Source: Monocercomonoides exilis PA203 (Eukaryota; Protista; Preaxostyla). From it: 64,000 bases of DNA. The DNA lies in NCBI GenBank assembly GCA_001643675.2, contig LSRY02000042.1:558001-622000 (forward strand), written 5' to 3'. Position numbers and translations under genes: made by a program. Shown here in pieces: positions 26,401 through 38,849 of the stretch (positions are counted from its first letter, which is position 1; the number at the start of each line of letters is the position of its first letter). The notes beneath the pieces are model-generated. The model did not search any database, was not told where the DNA came from, and saw nothing but the letters and a program-made list of their open reading frames with translations.

Positions 26401-29400
26401 GGGCTGGAGGGAAGGGAAAGGCAAAGGAGGAGGAAGAGTTGAATGGGATTGGGTGTAAAGAGGGTGAGAGGAGAAGAGAAGGGAAGATGAGGGAGAAGGA
26501 GAAGGAGAAGGAGAAAGAGGAAGAAGAGAAGAAGATTGAGAAGAAGGAGGGGGAAGGCTTTTTGGTGGATGTGACAGGACAATTTTGAAGTTGTTATTGT
26601 TTTTGTTGTTGCTGTTGGATATTTGAGAGGATGAAGAGGAGGAACTGCTGGATGATGAATGAGATAAAGAAGAGAATAGAGAAGAAGAAGAAGAAGAAGA
26701 AGAAGAAGAAGAAGAAGAAGAAGAAGAAGAAGAAGATGATGATGAATCAGTTAAAGATTTTGTGCTAAATACGTTTTTGTTTGTATTATTGTTGTTATTT
26801 GCATTCACAATGTTATAAGCTTCGCTTTCTGTTCGATTGTTCCACACTTCTTCTGAACACATTTCAAACAACATTTCATTTTGTGCTTCAAATCCTGTGG
26901 TGTGCTGGAGACGAGGAAGATTTAATGAAGAAGAAGAAGAAGAAGAGGAGGAGGAGGAAGAAGAAGATGATGAAGGAGATAGAAAAGAAGAAGAGGAGGA
27001 GGATGATGTTTTTGAAGAAGCAGCAGAGGAAGAAAATGAAGAAGAAGAAGAAGAAGAAACATTAGAAGAATCACCAAAAACTGAGCAGTACTTCTTCACA
27101 TCCCAGAGGAAACAATGCACATCTGAAGAGATTGCAAACACACGCGCCAAGCGAAGCGAAGAAGAAGGCAAGTATTTTGAGAGCAAATGACTTTGCCTGC
27201 CAACGGTGAGGATGTCAAAGAGAAGGGGATATTGCGACAAGCAGCGCTTGAGCGAGAGGAAAAGAGAGGAAGCAGTTCTTTCTTTGCAGAAGGAGCGGAG
27301 GACGATGCTGATTTGGGAGGCGCAGAAGACGAGGGAGGAGAGGGCATCGCTGACAGCACTGGAGGCAGAGGTGTGGAAGGGGTGGAAGGGGTGGGAGAGA
27401 TAAGAGGGTTTTAATTGGGAAGAAGAAGAAGAAGAGGAGGAGGAAGAGGAAGAGGAGGAAGAAGAAGGAGAAAGAGAAGAGTTATTATTATTGCTACAGC
27501 CACTCAAACACCACACTGCATAATCCCTGAGAGACTGATGCGACTGATCAAACATCTGCACAAAGGATAAATGTGAAACTTTATCATCTTCTGTCTCATT
27601 TGCAATAGACAACACGAATGGCAGCAGAGCTACGTAAATTCTTCCAACTTCAGCTGCATCTGCGTGTTTCTGTGTGGACAATGCTTCGATTGTCTGAAGA
27701 GAAGAAGTGAGGAAGGCAATGGAGGAATCAACAGCTTTTGCTAAATGGACGAAGGAGTCAGCATCTACACCTAGTGAAGATGTGCTGCTTCGTTTGCTCT
27801 TCTTTTTCTTCTTCGCATCGGAAGAGGAAGAGGAAGAAGAAGTTGATGATGCTATAGAATTATCAGCTTTCCACTTAAACAACAGCTCCGGAGAAGGCAA
27901 AAATGCCCCCATCACATTGAGAAGGGTGAAGAAAGAAACGAGATACAACTGAAACGCAATCTCCTTCGAAGAACACCTCAAAAGCGCTGCCATCCACTTG
28001 GAAAGCAAAGAGAACAGAGGTTTCGCCTCTTCTTCAGTGAAAGGGGTGTCTCTGTGTGAAAAGGGGATAGAGGAAAGAGCAGAAGCAGTTTCTGCATTCA
28101 GAAGCTCAAAGAACACGATGGGCCAACGGGCAATGAAGGATTTCCTGCCGGCAGAAAGCAAAGTTGTCTGGTGGAATGAGAAAAGTGCATCTTTTGCTCT
28201 TAATTTGGAGAGAAGAGAGGAGATTCGCTGAAGTTCTTGCTTTTCAGCGTCTTCAGACTGGAGAGAGAAAGAGAAAGAGGCTTCGGCGATGTCTAACCAG
28301 AGCTCAGATTCGAACCAATTGATTGAAGAAGAAGAAGAATGAGTTTGTGTTAATTGGCTGTTTGCTTCTTTCTGATTCATTTTATCTTTATCTTCTTCTT
28401 TCTCTTTATCTTCTTGTTTTTCTTCTTCTTCCTTCTCTTTCTCCTTCCTATTTTCCTTTCCATCATCCCCCTCTGTGCTTCCACATCCATCTTCTTCCAA
28501 CACAGCAATCGGCAGCATATCCAAAAAGAATGAAAGCGCATCTTCATTTCTGTTCTCTAACTTCTTCTTCTTGTTATTGTTGTTATTGTGCAAAGAAGAA
28601 GAAGAAGAATCTTCCTCTTTTGCTTTCGAAGGAGGACACATTGCAATCGTCGAGAAGACGAAAGAGCGAAGAAGTTCAGTGAAATTTGAGTTATTCTTTG
28701 AAGAAGTCAATTCCGAAAGGGGATGACCATAAAACAGAGTGCGTATTTCAGTGATATCTTCACATGTTTCAATGAAAGATGAGAAAGAAGGGAAATATTT
28801 GCTTATTAACATCTTCCTTTTCTCTCTTTTCTTCATTTGTTGTTCATCAGATTGTTCAGAAGTTGTCTCTTTAGCTTCTTTAATTTCTTTTGCTTCTGTT
28901 TTGTCCATCATTTCTTGTGCAACTGACAGAAAAGATTGACACAAAATGATTGTTTTATTTCTTTCTTCTGTTTGTTTGTTCTCATTTTCCTCTTCCTCTC
29001 CATTTAACTCTTCATCATTTTTTGATAGGCATTTCAGAATAATGTGTTGCAAGCAGAACAATGCAACACTCATGTTTCCTTCAAAGGCAAGACAAGAAAG
29101 GTGCAAAAGAAGAAGCTGAGATTTTGTGCTTATGTTATTATCTTTGTCTTTGACTTTATCATTATTATTCACTTCATCAGCATCACACATAACGTGAAGA
29201 AAACGAGCAATTGGATTGATTGATAACAAAGTGTTCTTTGAAATAATTTGTTCTTTTTCTTCTTCTTTTACATCATTTTTTCCTTCTGTTTCCACATTTT
29301 TCTTTCCCAAATGAAGACAAACATTTCTGAAAGTGTTTGCTGAATAATTCAATGTTGACAACACAAGATCCTTCAATGAACTAACTTCACTTTCATTGGA

Positions 29401-32400
29401 ATTTCTCTGTTGAATGAGAGAACAACGTGAAGAGGACCAATCCATTCGAAAAATGACTGCAAAACACACTTTGAGGAGAGCAGGGACGCTCAAAAGAAGA
29501 GGATTCTCTATCAATTGAGACATGTTCCCAGGGAAGATGGAAGAAGGAGAGGAAGAAGAAGAAGAAGAAGAAGCAATTTCAATAATTCCTTCTTGTTCAA
29601 CAACATCTTGAAACATGCCCAAAGCACTCACGTTTGTGAAATCATCAGTCAAAACTGATGGAACGGGGCTTAACTGAGACTGGAACAGAATGGCATTGTC
29701 AATCATTTGAGACAACGAGCAGCACAACACAATCTGATTGTCAATAGAGAGATGCATTGTTTCAACGGGAAGTCTGCTTAGAATAGAAAGTGATAGGCTT
29801 CTCTTCCAGAACTGAGGGATTTTGTGAGTTTCACTCAATTTTTGTGATTTAAAAGGATTGTATTGCAAATAATAATTGCTCATATTGACTTCTCTCATGC
29901 TACGCATCCATCCAATCAGAATATTCCTGTCTTCTTCTGTTGGCTCCCATTTCCCCCAGTTGAGAGCAGATATCATTTCTGCGATGAAAACGTGTATTCC
30001 TCTCACAAATGAGTATTTTTCCGCTAAGTTCAACAGCAAAGTCACAAATGATGGATGTCTTTCACACAACAATCTGATGGCAATCAGTATCTTTTTTCTG
30101 TCACATTTGCAATTTTGTGCTCGAAACACAGAAATATCAAACAAGATTGACAAAACCACATACACAACCGGATGTTCTGGGTGAGCATCAGCCAGTCTGA
30201 GAAGAGGGAAAAGAGCTTTGTGGCCGCAGGGGGAAGAAGCAACAGCCAAACAGAACTTGTTCATCATCATCTTCTTCTCCAAGTCTTCCTCAGGAGACCA
30301 ATCAGAAGCTGTGCAGATGCGATGGGAGTAGAAAGAGGCACGGGGAAAAGAAGGATCTGTGAAGTCTTCAGCAATCAGTGCAAACAAAACACACCACACA
30401 GCAAAGGAGGAGAGAGGAGGGATGGGCAAAAGAGAGAGGATGTGGAAGTCGCACTCACAGTCATTGGATGAATCAGAAGGAGAAAAATTATCATTGATGT
30501 TATTATTATTGTTATTATCATTAATAACATTAGCGTTATCATTATTAGTATTATTAGTACTATCAGCATTATCAGCATCATTTGTATTTCTATTAATATT
30601 TCTGTTATTTCCATAGCTAAAGAAACAACAACAACAAGACTCCCTTTTCAACACAAACAAAAGCGCAGCCAGTGTCTGGAGAAGGGTGTGCTGTGCAGCA
30701 GAAAGCAGAGCTTCTGTCTCATTTTGTGAGTGGAAAAGAGAAAGATGTTCGTTTTGTGAAGAAAGAGTCACAATGAACTGGAAAACGGAGGTGTATATGT
30801 GAAGCAATCGAGCTATAATTTCCCTTTGCACTCTGCCTCTCTGCATTATCTTTGGGTTTGAATGGAGGAATCTTTGGTTATTCTCTATGAAGATATTAGA
30901 AGAAGAAGCAGAGGAAGAAGAAGAATGAGAAGAAGAAGAAGATGATGAATAACAATAAGGAGGAGGAGGAGGATGATGAAAAGAAGAAGAAGAAGAAGAA
31001 TAACAAGAATGATAACATGAAACAGCATCCGCATAATCTTCATACAATGCCAGGTGTGACTGCACAAGAATAGCCACATCAGTCAAAAGCAATGAAACAC
31101 TCCTGATTCTGCTGGAGGAAGACAAGGGAAGCTGAGGATGGGTCTCAAACGAGGCATCGAGTTCAGAGAGAAAAGGAGACAAAGGAAGCTGGCGGAGGAA
31201 GGAGAGGACGGATGATTCGGAAGGGAAAGAGGAAGAAGAAGAAGAAGAAGGAGAAGAAGGAGAAAGAAATCTATGTGAGGGGTTTTGAGAAGAAGAACGA
31301 AGACTTCTATGATATGAACGATTTTCATTTGCTGTCTTTTTATATTCTTCTCCTTCTCCTTCTCCTTCTCCTCTTTCTTCTTCTTGTTCCATTGCATTTT
31401 CAATAGACAAGACATCTTCTCTTGCCTTTATCAGCATTTCATCTGCTTCTTCGCATTCAGATGAAGAAATATCACTTTCTGAGTCTGAAGAATCATCCGA
31501 ATAAGAAAATGCATTTGAAAATGATGGATTTTTCTTTATTTCTTTCTCATTTTGTGTTTGTTTGGAGTTAAATTTGTTGTTTGAGTGGGTGTTGAACATG
31601 TTTGGATGGATGATGCTAATTCTGTATGGATCATTTATTATTGAGTCATCAACAATGTGTTGGTGATTGAGAAGAGAAGAAGAAGAAATTGAAGAAGAAG
31701 AAGAGGAGGAAGAAGAAGAAGAAGAGGATGATGATGAGGTTGAAAGAGAAGAAGAAGAAGAAGAAGAAGAAGAAGAAATCTTATTTTTGTGTTTATTTCT
31801 TTCAGGAGGTGAATCAGAAAGCAATCCAACCACATTTGGTGTGCGATGTATGGTTAACCATGAATGAGGCTGTTGATTATGAGAAGAAGTGAAAAGAGAA
31901 GAAGAAGAAGGAAAAGAAGGAAAACAGTAAAAGGAAGAAGAGGAAGAGGAAGAGGAAGAAGGAGAAGAAGAAAGAGAAGAAGAATCCAAAGAATTCGAAT
32001 AAATCTTGTTGTGATGCAATCGTCTGCAGAAGGAGAGAGAGAGAAGGCGAAGAGAAGAATGATAGAAGGAGCGAATAAGAACAGACTGGTGTGTTAGAGC
32101 AAGTGTTGGGGAAGGAAGAGAAAGAAGCTGAGAAATCCATTCAGAAGAAGAGGAAGGAGAGGAAGAAGGGGAGGGAGAAGATGAGGAAGAAGGAGAAGAA
32201 GAAGGAGAAAGAGGAAGAAGAGAAGAAGATTGAGAAGAAGAAAGAAAAGAAGAAGAAGAAGGATAATTGTTAGTGTTTGTGATGAGGGAGGCTAAATAGA
32301 GGCGGTTGAACAAGTCTTTTGAGAAGGAGTCGATTGGAGAGAGAGACATGTTACTAGAAGAACGAGCAGCATCAGAAATGAATGAGGAAGAGGAGGAGGA

Positions 32401-33277
32401 AGAAGAAGAAGGGGAAGAAGAAGAAGAAGAGAAGGAGGAGGAAGAGGTAGAAGAAGGAAAAGGAGAAGGCGAAGGCGAAAGAGAAGAGGAGGAGGAGGAA
32501 GAAGATGATGATGATGAACGTATACGTGAGTGAGAAAGAGAAATATCAGAAGAAGAAGAAGAAGAAAGGGAAGAAGAGGAAGAAGAAGGCAAGAAATGAT
32601 GAGCAACGTTGACGATCAATTGGCGGAGTGTGGAAGAAATAAAATCAAAGTAGATTTTATCTGAGCTGTCAATTGAAGAAGGAGAAGAGGAAGAAGGAGA
32701 AGAAGAGGAGGAGGAGGAAGTTGAAGAAGAAGATAACAATAATGAAGGCGATGAAGAAGAAGAAGAAGATGATGATGAAGGAGAAAGAGAAGAAGAAGAA
32801 GAAGAATTTCCTTTTGTAACAACATTATTATTGCTATTATTGCAATTATCAGCTCTTCTAGTCTCCTCCACTTCATATTCATCTCTATGAAACAGCTGTT
32901 CATAGAAGCACAACACAAACAAGATCAGCCGCAGCACACATTCTCTTTCTATCGCTTCCTTCAGACTTTCCGGCGGGTGCGAAATCTGCTCTTCTTCATA
33001 GACATCAATCGCCTTCTTTGCAAACGTGAGCAAAATTGTGAGTGCTACCAGCATGTCAATTCTTGCACTGAGAAGCGAAGAATTGAAAAGCAGTGTTCTT
33101 TGCACATCCAGCTGTTTGTTCAGCTCATTGAATGCCCTTTCACAGAAGACAGGAAGGAGAGGAGGAGGGAGAATGTCACACTCGCCCACACGCATGTCAC
33201 CGCAGACGCCGCGCACATGGATGAACTGGGAGGACTCGCCGGAGACGGTGACGAGGGGGAGAGAAGAAGAAGAAGAG

Positions 33278-33309
<32 letters not shown>

Positions 33310-36300
33310 GTACGGAGAAGAGGAATAAGGAGAAGAATATGAAGAAGAAGAAGCAGAAGCAGAAGAAGAAGCAGCATTGAGGAGATAAGCGGGGATCGAA
33401 GAAGGCAGCACATCCTGCTTTGCGCTCCACACTTTCTCTCTTGTCTGGCTGACGAGTCTTCTGTATCTGTGCACTTTCTGACTGAATCTGTGGAAGAGGA
33501 AGCATTTGCAGCAGAAGGAGAGGACGAGAGAGTTCAGCGCTTTTCCTATCACTTCGGCAGAGGAGCAGGAAGACAGAGAAGAAGAGGAGGAAGAAGAAGG
33601 GTGATGGGAAGAAGGGGGTTTGATTGGGTGAGAGGGAGGTTTTGAGGAAGAAGAGGAAGAAGAGGAAGAAGAAGAAGCCATTGCCAATCCTCTCCTCCTC
33701 TCTTTCCTTTCCTTCGTGAGCAGAGAATAGTCGAAAGAGAAAGGCAGAAGAGAAAGATCAGGCTGCTGCAGTATGTGTGTGTCTGGCAGAACACTCAGCA
33801 GAATCTGGCTGGCTTGCTTTGTGTTTGCTCTTCTTGTGCTTCTTCTCATCCGACGCTGCTCTTTTGGTTTGTCAACAAGGGGAAGAGAAGAAGAAGAAGA
33901 AGAAGAAGAAGAAGAAGAAGAAGAGGAGGAGGAGGAGGAGGAAGAAGAAGAAGAAGAAGAAGAAGAAGAAGAAGATAGAGAAGAAGATAGAGAAGAAGAT
34001 GATGACAACAAAGAAGAAGAAAAGGATGATGAAGAAGAAGAATTGCATTCATCTGCCCATTCTTTCACCCAGCGTGCTATCAGCCGAGAAAACAGAGCAT
34101 TTTCCTTAGCGATTTTTCTTGTCTTCTTCAGCAGCGGAGAAACGATAATGTCATTGAAATTATTCTCATTCATTGGTGAGTGAATGAAATGTGAAGGTTG
34201 ATATCTTTCTTTTGTTCTTTCTCTTTCTTTCTCTTTCTCTTTCTCCTCCCCCTCTCCTTCTTCTTCTTCCATCATTGTTTTATTCATTGCAATGTTGAGT
34301 GCGTGCTGACGGGGCAGAAGAGACAGATCAAACGAGACTTCTGCAGAAAGAGATGCAGTTCTGTTTGTTTGAAAGAGCTGAGAGAGAAACTGCTGCTGAG
34401 CTTCAGAGAAGAAGTTTGCGATGTCTGTGTTTGTGTTCTGGGAGGAGAGGAGAGGAGGAAGAGAGGAGGAGGAAGAGGAGGAAGAAGAAGAGGAGGAAGA
34501 AGAGGTGGTGGAAGGGGGAGGGAGAAGGGAAGAAGAAGAAGGAGGAGAAGAGGAGAAGCAGGAAGAGGAAGAGGAATAATGTGATGATGAACTTGGAGAT
34601 GAAGAAGAAGAAGAAGAAGAAGAAGATGATGATGATGTGAAAGGAGAAGGTGAAATGGAAGGAGCAAAAATTCGAGGATAAGAAGAAGACAAAGAAGAAG
34701 CAGCACCAAAAGCAGCTCTTAACTTTTGTGATTTTGCAGATGCCACAGAAAACATTGAAGCTGAAATGAAAGGCGACGGGATGAATGAGATGGAAGGAGC
34801 AGACAACGACGAGATGAAAGAGGGAGATGGCAATGAAGAAGAAGAAGAAGGCAAAGAAGAAGAAGGCAAAGAAGAAGGCAAAGAAGAAGAAGGAAAAGAA
34901 GAAGAAGAAGAAGATGTTGATGATGCTGATGATGAAGATGAAGATGCAAATGAAGATGACAATGATGAAAGTGTCAGGGGAGGAGGGGCAGCAGCAGAGC
35001 CGAGAGAAAAGGAGGAAGCAGAAGAAGGAGAGAAGGAGTGAGGTGTGTTGTGCAGCGAGGAGACAGAGATGAATGTGGGGTGAAGAGGCACATTGGAGAT
35101 GGTGCTGGAGATGGAGTTAGAGACGGAGTTAGAGACGGAGCTGGAGGGGATGGGAGAGGAAGAAGATGATGACGAGGAGGAGGAAAAGGAGGATGAAAGC
35201 GAGGTAGATGAGGAAGATGAGGAAGATGAGGAAGATGAGGAAGATGAGGAAGAAGAAGAAGGAGGAGGAGAAGCAGAAGTAGATGATGATGATGAGGAAG
35301 AAGGAGGAGGAGGAGAAGCAGAAGGAGATGATGATGATGATGATGATGATGATGGCACAGCACGCTGTGGCTGATGAGACTGCTGAGCAGACACCGGAAT
35401 GTCTGCCGGATTCGAAGCAGAAAGACTGCAAGTATTTGAAAGGTCACTTGAAGCGGTTTCCTGCTGTTGAAGTGAGCATGGCTTATTTTGTGGAATGGAA
35501 ATATGCTCTGAAGGAGTTGATGATTGCAACGCACTGTGTGGTGCTGGTGGAGGAGCTGGAGGCGAAGACTTAGACAGGCGTTGCTCGTTGTCTGCACGCG
35601 CTGCAATTGCAGAGGAAGTTGATTCAGAAGGCGTTGACGAATCGTTTGATGGAGCAGATGCATCTGGATTAAAAGCAACCGAAGAAAAATTCGTTGTGCA
35701 AATTGAAAAAACATCATTCGCATTTGAATTATGTTCCAAACTTTTTGGATTTTCAATTGAAGGAAGGGAGAAGGAATATTCTTTTGTTGTAACAGCCATA
35801 TGCTCTTTGCAGAGTAAAGCATCTTGATTTATGTTTAATTCTTCCTTATTAATGCTTTTTATTGTATTGTCCTTGCTTTCTTCAACAGCATGTATATCTG
35901 TCTGTGAATGCAAATCTGATTGAATTACTTGATCTAAATTATCATTCTCAACTAAATTTTCATTTCTATAAAATGTTTTCTTTGAAACGTTTTCTTCATC
36001 GACTTCTTTTTTTGATGTGTCATCAGATATTTCGCAATTCTTTTCTGGCTTAAGTTTTGAAATTTGAGAAGACGATTCTTTAATTTTTTTTGAAGTCTTG
36101 CTTTTCTTATGAGCTTGTTTGGATTTATCATTCAACTTTGATTTGTGCGAATGCTTTTTCTTTTCCTTTTTCTTCTCATGATTGCAACTATTTGCCTCAT
36201 TTTCTTCAGCTGCCAGCTTTAAACTTTCAGCTGATAATTCATCCAGCTTTGCCAATTCAATGTCAAGACTTGGAAATTTTGTAAATTCTTCAGCATTTTC

Positions 36301-36357
36301 TTCAGTGAAAACATAATTATGAAATGAAAATTCAGACATAAAAAGAAACAACAACAA
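18237..36357 (-). CDS. Giant poly-Ser protein, probable EPG5 (autophagy tether) homolog; 5' end unresolved
   Basis: A 17.5-kb uninterrupted frame, then donor 18891, exon 18659-18562 and exon 18327-18237 (TAA). Ordered blocks resemble EPG5 as I recall it: VRGVCGD..ERAFNELNKQLD, WEPTEEDRNILIGW, LYY..ISCGSNCTSPLNVQIEY and WESWSPS. Coding status is high-confidence; the identity is moderate. Confidence 0.65.
18332..18486. repeat. Compound microsatellite: poly-A, (GA)n, (GATAGA)n, (GAAA)n
   Basis: Lies in intron 18328-18561 and forms an extended polypyrimidine tract on the minus strand. Confidence 0.9.
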
Positions 36358-36845
36358 AAGAATTTTTGAAAACCATATTTATATGTTTCTTGGATTATTT
36401 TTGTTAAAACGAAAATATACTTCAAAAAGGGACAAAACAATTAAATGAATATTAATATTATTCGACAAAAACGATTGAAAATGCTTTTATTGCCATATGC
36501 GGTTTTCGTTCGAATAAAACAAAAAACAAATTTTTTTTCTAAGAAAACTTTTTTATCATTTCTACAGTGTTGATCCATATTTGAGAACGAATTCCACTTA
36601 TAACTCACAATTATTGTTTTGTTCAAAATTGTTTCCAAAATAATGGGTTGAAGAGCTTTTCTCATTCTTTTTTGTACGATATTTTTTTTAATTAGGCCAG
36701 ATCCATCCCATTTTAACATCTAAAACAACCTCTGAAGCACTATTTGGTTCCTTTCTTTTTCCTTTTTATTATTTTGGTTTGCACAACTCATAATCATTAA
36801 TTTTTGACGATCACTTCACCTCCATTGGTTCATTGATGCAAATAA

Positions 36846-36892
36846 CAGTCTGTCCGCTTTTAATGTTGATCTGTCCGAAAATAATGTTGATC
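36846..36892 (+). mobile_element. Solo TIR related to the 16147-17469 element
   Basis: CAGTCTGTCCGCTTTTAATGTTGATCTGTCCGAAAATAATGTTGATC has the same start and the same double 21-bp subunit. I saw no partner TIR. Confidence 0.65.
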
Positions 36893-37488
36893 CTCCCACT
36901 ATTAATATTAATTTTTGAAGAACCATTTTTATCATTTATAAAGTTGGGAGTAAAAATGTATTTTTATCTGGTTTAAAAATGATATGTCTGGTTTTTGTTA
37001 AAATGAAGCATTATGAATGATGTGTATTGTTTTCATATCGACTGTTTGTTTGATGTTCAAATTGATATGTGGGAAAATACGGAATCACAACCATTTTTTG
37101 CACAAGGTATTGATACTCTGCTTCAGTCATAACTTTGTTTCGCTTTCTCAGATTTCAGAATATATTTGATTTTCATATCCGTAAACAGACATCATTGAAA
37201 TCTAAACTTAATTCATTTTGTCATTTCACGAATGTCGAAAAATTGTCCCATTTTTTTTTTTTGACTCAAAAAGTCAATGAAAAGTGCAAAATTTTTCAAA
37301 ATAATTGCCTGAAGAAACATATTTTACCTAATATTTTCAAAATCTTAAAAAGTCATTCTAAATTCATTTGTTCAACTTGAGAAAGACACGACAATTTCTT
37401 TTCAAATAGTTAAGATAGATAGATTTCCACATGATTTGTCTGTAGCAACTTCATCAGTAAAAAAATCTATTTTTTCGAGAACTTTCTT

Positions 37489-37990
37489 TCATCCTGTTGC
37501 TGCTGCTCCTGTGAAATACATTGTGTGAGGTTGAGTATCTTTATCTGACGCATCATTTTTATCATTGCTGTCAACAACTGATCTGAAGAAAAACTCATTC
37601 GAATATAACTCTCTGAAAAAGAAACGACAATTTAAAGAAAATAATAAATAAATATTTCCAATTTTGAAGATAAAAAATAAATAAATAAATAAATAAATAA
37701 AATACAGAAAATTTATAAATTTAGAATAATGGTTGACAGTATTGTGTGCCGCAAAATTCATAAAGAAAAAATAATTTGCTTTATTTGATGCATTTTCGAA
37801 GATAAAGATTCAGAAACAATTTATCAGATAACAAAGATTTAAATGAGAAAAAGAAGAATAGAAGACATATCCAATTCAGATGAAGCGAATTGAACAATTT
37901 GAGTGGATCATTTGTTTTTAAGTTAATATGATTGCAGAGATAAATATTTTCAGGACTGCATTTGCTAGATTTTTCATTTTCTCCTTCCAT
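37489..37990 (-). CDS. Possible small spliced hypothetical gene or remnant
   Basis: Coding-like segments 37990-37870 and 37612-37489 are separated by intron-like AT tracts. The splice model is not resolved. Confidence 0.25.
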
Positions 37991-38656
37991 TTCAAAATGG
38001 ACAAGTTGTTGAAAATAGTATTTGTTTTGAATTTTTCATCAGTTTCATCATATCTCTGTTCGATCATTTTTAATTATTAAAATCTAATATGTTCAAAGTT
38101 ATATATGAAGAATATTTTAATTAAAATATAATAACGATTCAGTTTCACAAACAATCGCTTTTCCCACCAATGGAAACTTATTTTTCAATCTGTATTGAAA
38201 TTGTATGTTTTCATCATACAATCACTGAAAAAAAGAGAATTGAAATGTTAAAAGAAAAAACGAAAATAATTTGATTTACACAAGAAGAGGTCCAAATACA
38301 TATCAGTTCAAAAATCTAAAAATAAGAATTATGATTCAACAAAAACTCCACACAGAAAAATATTTGAAAAGGTGTTGGCAAATAAATAAAAATCACAAAA
38401 ACAACTTGACGCAAGAAATAACTTTTCAAAAATATTTACAATTCAGAGAATCATTCAAAAAAACAAAACCATAAAAACAAATAAATGAAAATTAATTAAT
38501 ATCAAAGAAAAAACGAAAAACAAAAAAGTACCACAAAACCAAAAACAAGATGAAAAAGCAATAAAGTGAAAATAAAATAATTTTTAATAAAATAAAAAAA
38601 CTAAATGAAAGAAAAAAAAAGATTTTTCACAATGTCATAAATTACAAGATCACAAA

Positions 38657-38752
38657 AAAAATAAAAATAAAAATAAAAATAAAAATAAAAATAAAAATAA
38701 AAATAAAAATAAAAATAAAAATAAAAATAAAAATAAAAATAAAAATAAAAAT
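38657..38752. repeat. (AAAAAT)n hexamer array, ~16 copies
   Basis: Directly visible tandem repeat about 100 bp downstream of the receptor gene stop. Confidence 0.92.
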
Positions 38753-38849
38753 TAAATAAAAGAATCTTGTTAAACAAAAAGGAAATACTCATAATAACTC
38801 CTGTCATCTTTCACAAATTCTTAAATTCCACTATATTATTCAAAACAAT

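Noticed and set aside
19497-35827. Numerous plus-strand poly-E/K/R ORFs and alternate-frame poly-L/F ORFs
   Set aside because: They are shadows of the poly-Ser codon repeats of the minus-strand giant ORF.
38657-38752. (AAAAAT)n as a telomeric repeat
   Set aside because: It is internal, lacks G and behaves as an ordinary microsatellite.
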